A DNA stretch of 64,000 bases from Guillardia theta CCMP2712 (lineage: Eukaryota; Protista; Cryptophyta), in assembly GCF_000315625.1 (NCBI RefSeq), contig NW_005434547.1:86140-150139 (forward strand), written 5' to 3'. A program made the position numbers and the translations under genes. How positions within the stretch are numbered: the stretch's first letter is position 1; every line of letters begins with the position of its first letter. The notes below the pieces were generated by a model that was not told the DNA's origin, made no database searches, and was given only the letters and a program-made list of their open reading frames with translations. This document shows, one piece after another, positions 61,491-64,000 of this stretch.

Positions 61491-62905
61491 TTGTCTCTTT
61501 CTTTCTCTCTCTCTCTGTCTCTTTCTGTTCACGGTTTCTCTCTCGGAAAGTTTCTTTCTCTCTTTCTCTTTCTGTTTCTCTTTCTCTCTCTCTCGGTCTC
61601 CAAGTCTATCTCCAAGTGTGACTCCATCCCTCCTTTTTCTTGCTGCCCAATCTCTCCTCTGGCTGCTGCAGGTTTGTTCTCTCAGTAAACGTGCTCCTCT
61701 CTTGACTTTTCCCTCTCTTCTCTTTCTCCTCTGTCTTTCAAAGTTTTCCTTGTTTCCCGTCTATGGTCTCTGCTCTGCTTCTTTCCTTGTGCCTTCGTGT
61801 GTCCTATTGTCTTCTTTCGCCTCCTGTCTTCTCGTCTCGGCGCCCACCTTCCTGTCGTCTGGTCTGGTTTGGTCTCCTGCTTTATTTCGTTTGGAGTCTC
61901 CTCTCGTACACTCTATCCTCCCGTTCTCTCAGCACTTGCCTCCTCGTCTGTTCTCATCGGCTCTCTTGGCCACTCTTAGCCTCTCGTCTCGTCTCGTCTC
62001 GTTTCATTTCCTCACGTCACGTCTCATCTCGTCTCCTTTCCTCTCGTCTCGTCTCCTTTCCTCTCGTCTCTCGTCTTCATTATGCTTGTAGAATTTAGTC
62101 TCCTCTTCTCTAGTCTCTTCTCCTTTTGTCTCGTAAGTCTGTTCTCTTCTATGCTCTCCTCACTTCACCTCGCCTCTTCTCTTGTCTCCTCTTGTGTCAT
62201 CTTGTTTTCATTTCACTATGTTGCGCTGTTCTGTGCTGTGCTGTGCTGTGCTGTGTTATCCTCCCTTTTCTCTTTCTCCGCTGCTCTGCTCTGCTCTGCT
62301 CTCCTTCTCCACTGCGCTGCTCTGCACTGCTCTTCCTCTCCTCTCCTCTCCTCTCCTCCCTCTCCTCTCTCTCCTTCTCGATTCTTCTTCCCTTCTCTCC
62401 CTCAATCCCGTTGTTTTACTCTCCTCTCCTCTCCTCTCCTCTCCTCTCCTCTCCTCTCCTCTCCTCTCCTCTCCTCTCCTCTCCTCTCCTCTCCTCTCCT
62501 CTCCTCTCCTCTCCTCGCTCTCCTCTGTCGCACAGGCGTGTACGAGACAAAAACTCTTGGCGACATTAGGCACTATAGTATCATCAAACATCAGCCAAAT
62601 CTCGAAGCGGCTATTCCTTTGAGAGCCTGCAATTCTGGACACAGGCTTGTGGAGGGGGAATCGTGGATCCGTCGGGAAGTTAAGCGCAGGGGCTTCTGGA
62701 ANNNNNNNNNNNNNNNNNNNNNNNNNNNNNNNNNNNNNNNNNNNNNNNNNNNNNNNNNNNNNNNNNNNNNNNNNNNNNNNNNNNNNNNNNNNNNNNNNNN
62801 NCCTCCTCTCCTCGCTCTCCTCTCTCTCCTCTCCTCTCCTCTCCTCTCCTCTCCTCGCTCTCCTCTCCTCTCCTCTCCTCTCCTCTCCTCTCCTCTCCTC
62901 TCTCT
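61490..62905. repeat. Pyrimidine-rich low-complexity tract with (TCTCC)n and (TCTCG)n, including a 100-N gap at 62702-62801
   Basis: Direct reading. Confidence 0.9.
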
Positions 62906-63312
62906 TCTCCTTGCCTTGGCTCTGCTCCGACTTTGCTCCGCTATCTCCGTTGAGGGGTAAAACTATTTTTAATTTTTTTAAAAAAGCTAAATCTATTTTA
63001 GCAGCCTCAACCATGCGGCTTGCCGTAGCTTGTGTTGATGGCTTCAGTCGTTCAGCAGGAGGGAGGCAGGGAAGGAGGGAGCGAGGGAGAGAATTGCGAC
63101 AGAAAGGGCATATGCACAACATGAGCAATCAGATCTAGGCTAGGAGATCGTCAGCAGCAAGTGATGGCTCCAGAACCAGGCGTCTTCTCCCAATCTCGCG
63201 CATGCTACGTTGTTGGGCTCTCCCTTTCCATAGCCAGCATGCGCCTATGCTCTGACCTGTGCTGAATCAGGATCGATTATCACAAGCTTGACCCAATCAT
63301 TCTGGTATCTTC

Positions 63313-64000
63313 ATGTTTCCTGAAGGCATACCGGGTTCGTTCCCTTGTGATATCTCATTTACACTTACCCTCTCCCCCGCCAGGTGATGCTGTCGAGCTT
63401 CTGGCAGGGAGGTGAAACGCCTTCCTATCTCTGTCTCCTCCTTTTGACATTATCTGGTGGAAGATTTTACTGGATGCGAACCCGCTTCAAACCAAAGTAT
63501 GGCAGCGATGATGTTCTGCCGTGGGTTTGACGACCTTTTACCAAACAGCGACACAACCGCAGTGAAATTTTTCAACGTGGACGAGCGATTTGTATATGAG
63601 AGCTTCTTTCATGACTTCGGACCGATCAACATGTGATTGGATCTGATCCTGTGATGTTGAGGGCTGATAGTGATGTATGGTTCTGTTCAATGTGCAGCTC
63701 GCAGCTTTACAGATACTGTCAATTGATCCGCACGAAACTATCTTCACTCGAGGGAGGAAAAAACTGCGTGAGATGAAAGATTTTGGGGAATTTTCCCGTA
63801 GTTGATGTTTGCGATTGTATCAGATCGTTCATTGCACTTCGATCGACCCGAAGTGAGATGGAAATTCCTGAGTTGTCAACAGCCACCTGACGTTTGTGAT
63901 GTGCAAATAGAGTTTGCACAAATGCTGCATGGCTAGCAGGTCTGTCTTCCATTGGCTGTGGATGGTTGGTGTTTGATCTATGGGTTCTACAGGAGGATAC
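63313..64000 (+). CDS. CDC14: CDC14-family dual-specificity phosphatase, 5' part (continues beyond the window)
   Basis: Spliced micro-exons give GDAVELLAGRFYW...FFNVDERFVYESFFHDFGPINISQLYRYCQLIRTKL...IVHCTSIDPKVCTNAAWLA, matching the CDC14 N-terminal domain. Confidence 0.88.

Noticed and set aside
1-64000. tRNA or rRNA genes
   Set aside because: None recognised by eye; tRNAscan-SE or Infernal would be needed to exclude them.

Overview
Eukaryotic nuclear DNA with short GT-AG introns, many of them filled with microsatellites. The style, an ASAF-type bipartite plastid presequence and an RWP-RK gene suggest a cryptophyte alga (Hanusia/Guillardia-like; inference). Recognisable genes: plastid ribosomal protein bTHX/PSRP4, Hip/ST13, a fused mitochondrial-type carbamoyl-phosphate synthetase, LMF1, a PA14 protein, a PDZ protein, an RWP-RK factor, a class A DnaJ and the 5' part of CDC14. 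Mobile DNA: the 3' end of a Ty1/copia element, an internally deleted Harbinger-like element with intact TIRs, and a possible Crypton-like fragment. Two structures are unexplained. (1) About nine very GC-rich, palindrome-dense non-coding islands share a short-word vocabulary. Four carry a conserved AT-rich ~35-mer, and most have strand-polarised TACCCC/GGGGTA shoulders. All three TE relics abut islands, and one copia RNase H motif is inverted at an island edge. (2) Four single-exon small-protein genes, arranged + - + -, share LPPPxR[FY] and RQ[IMV]Gx[EQ][MI] motifs. There are two 100-N assembly gaps. All identifications come from reading motifs by eye; no searches were run.
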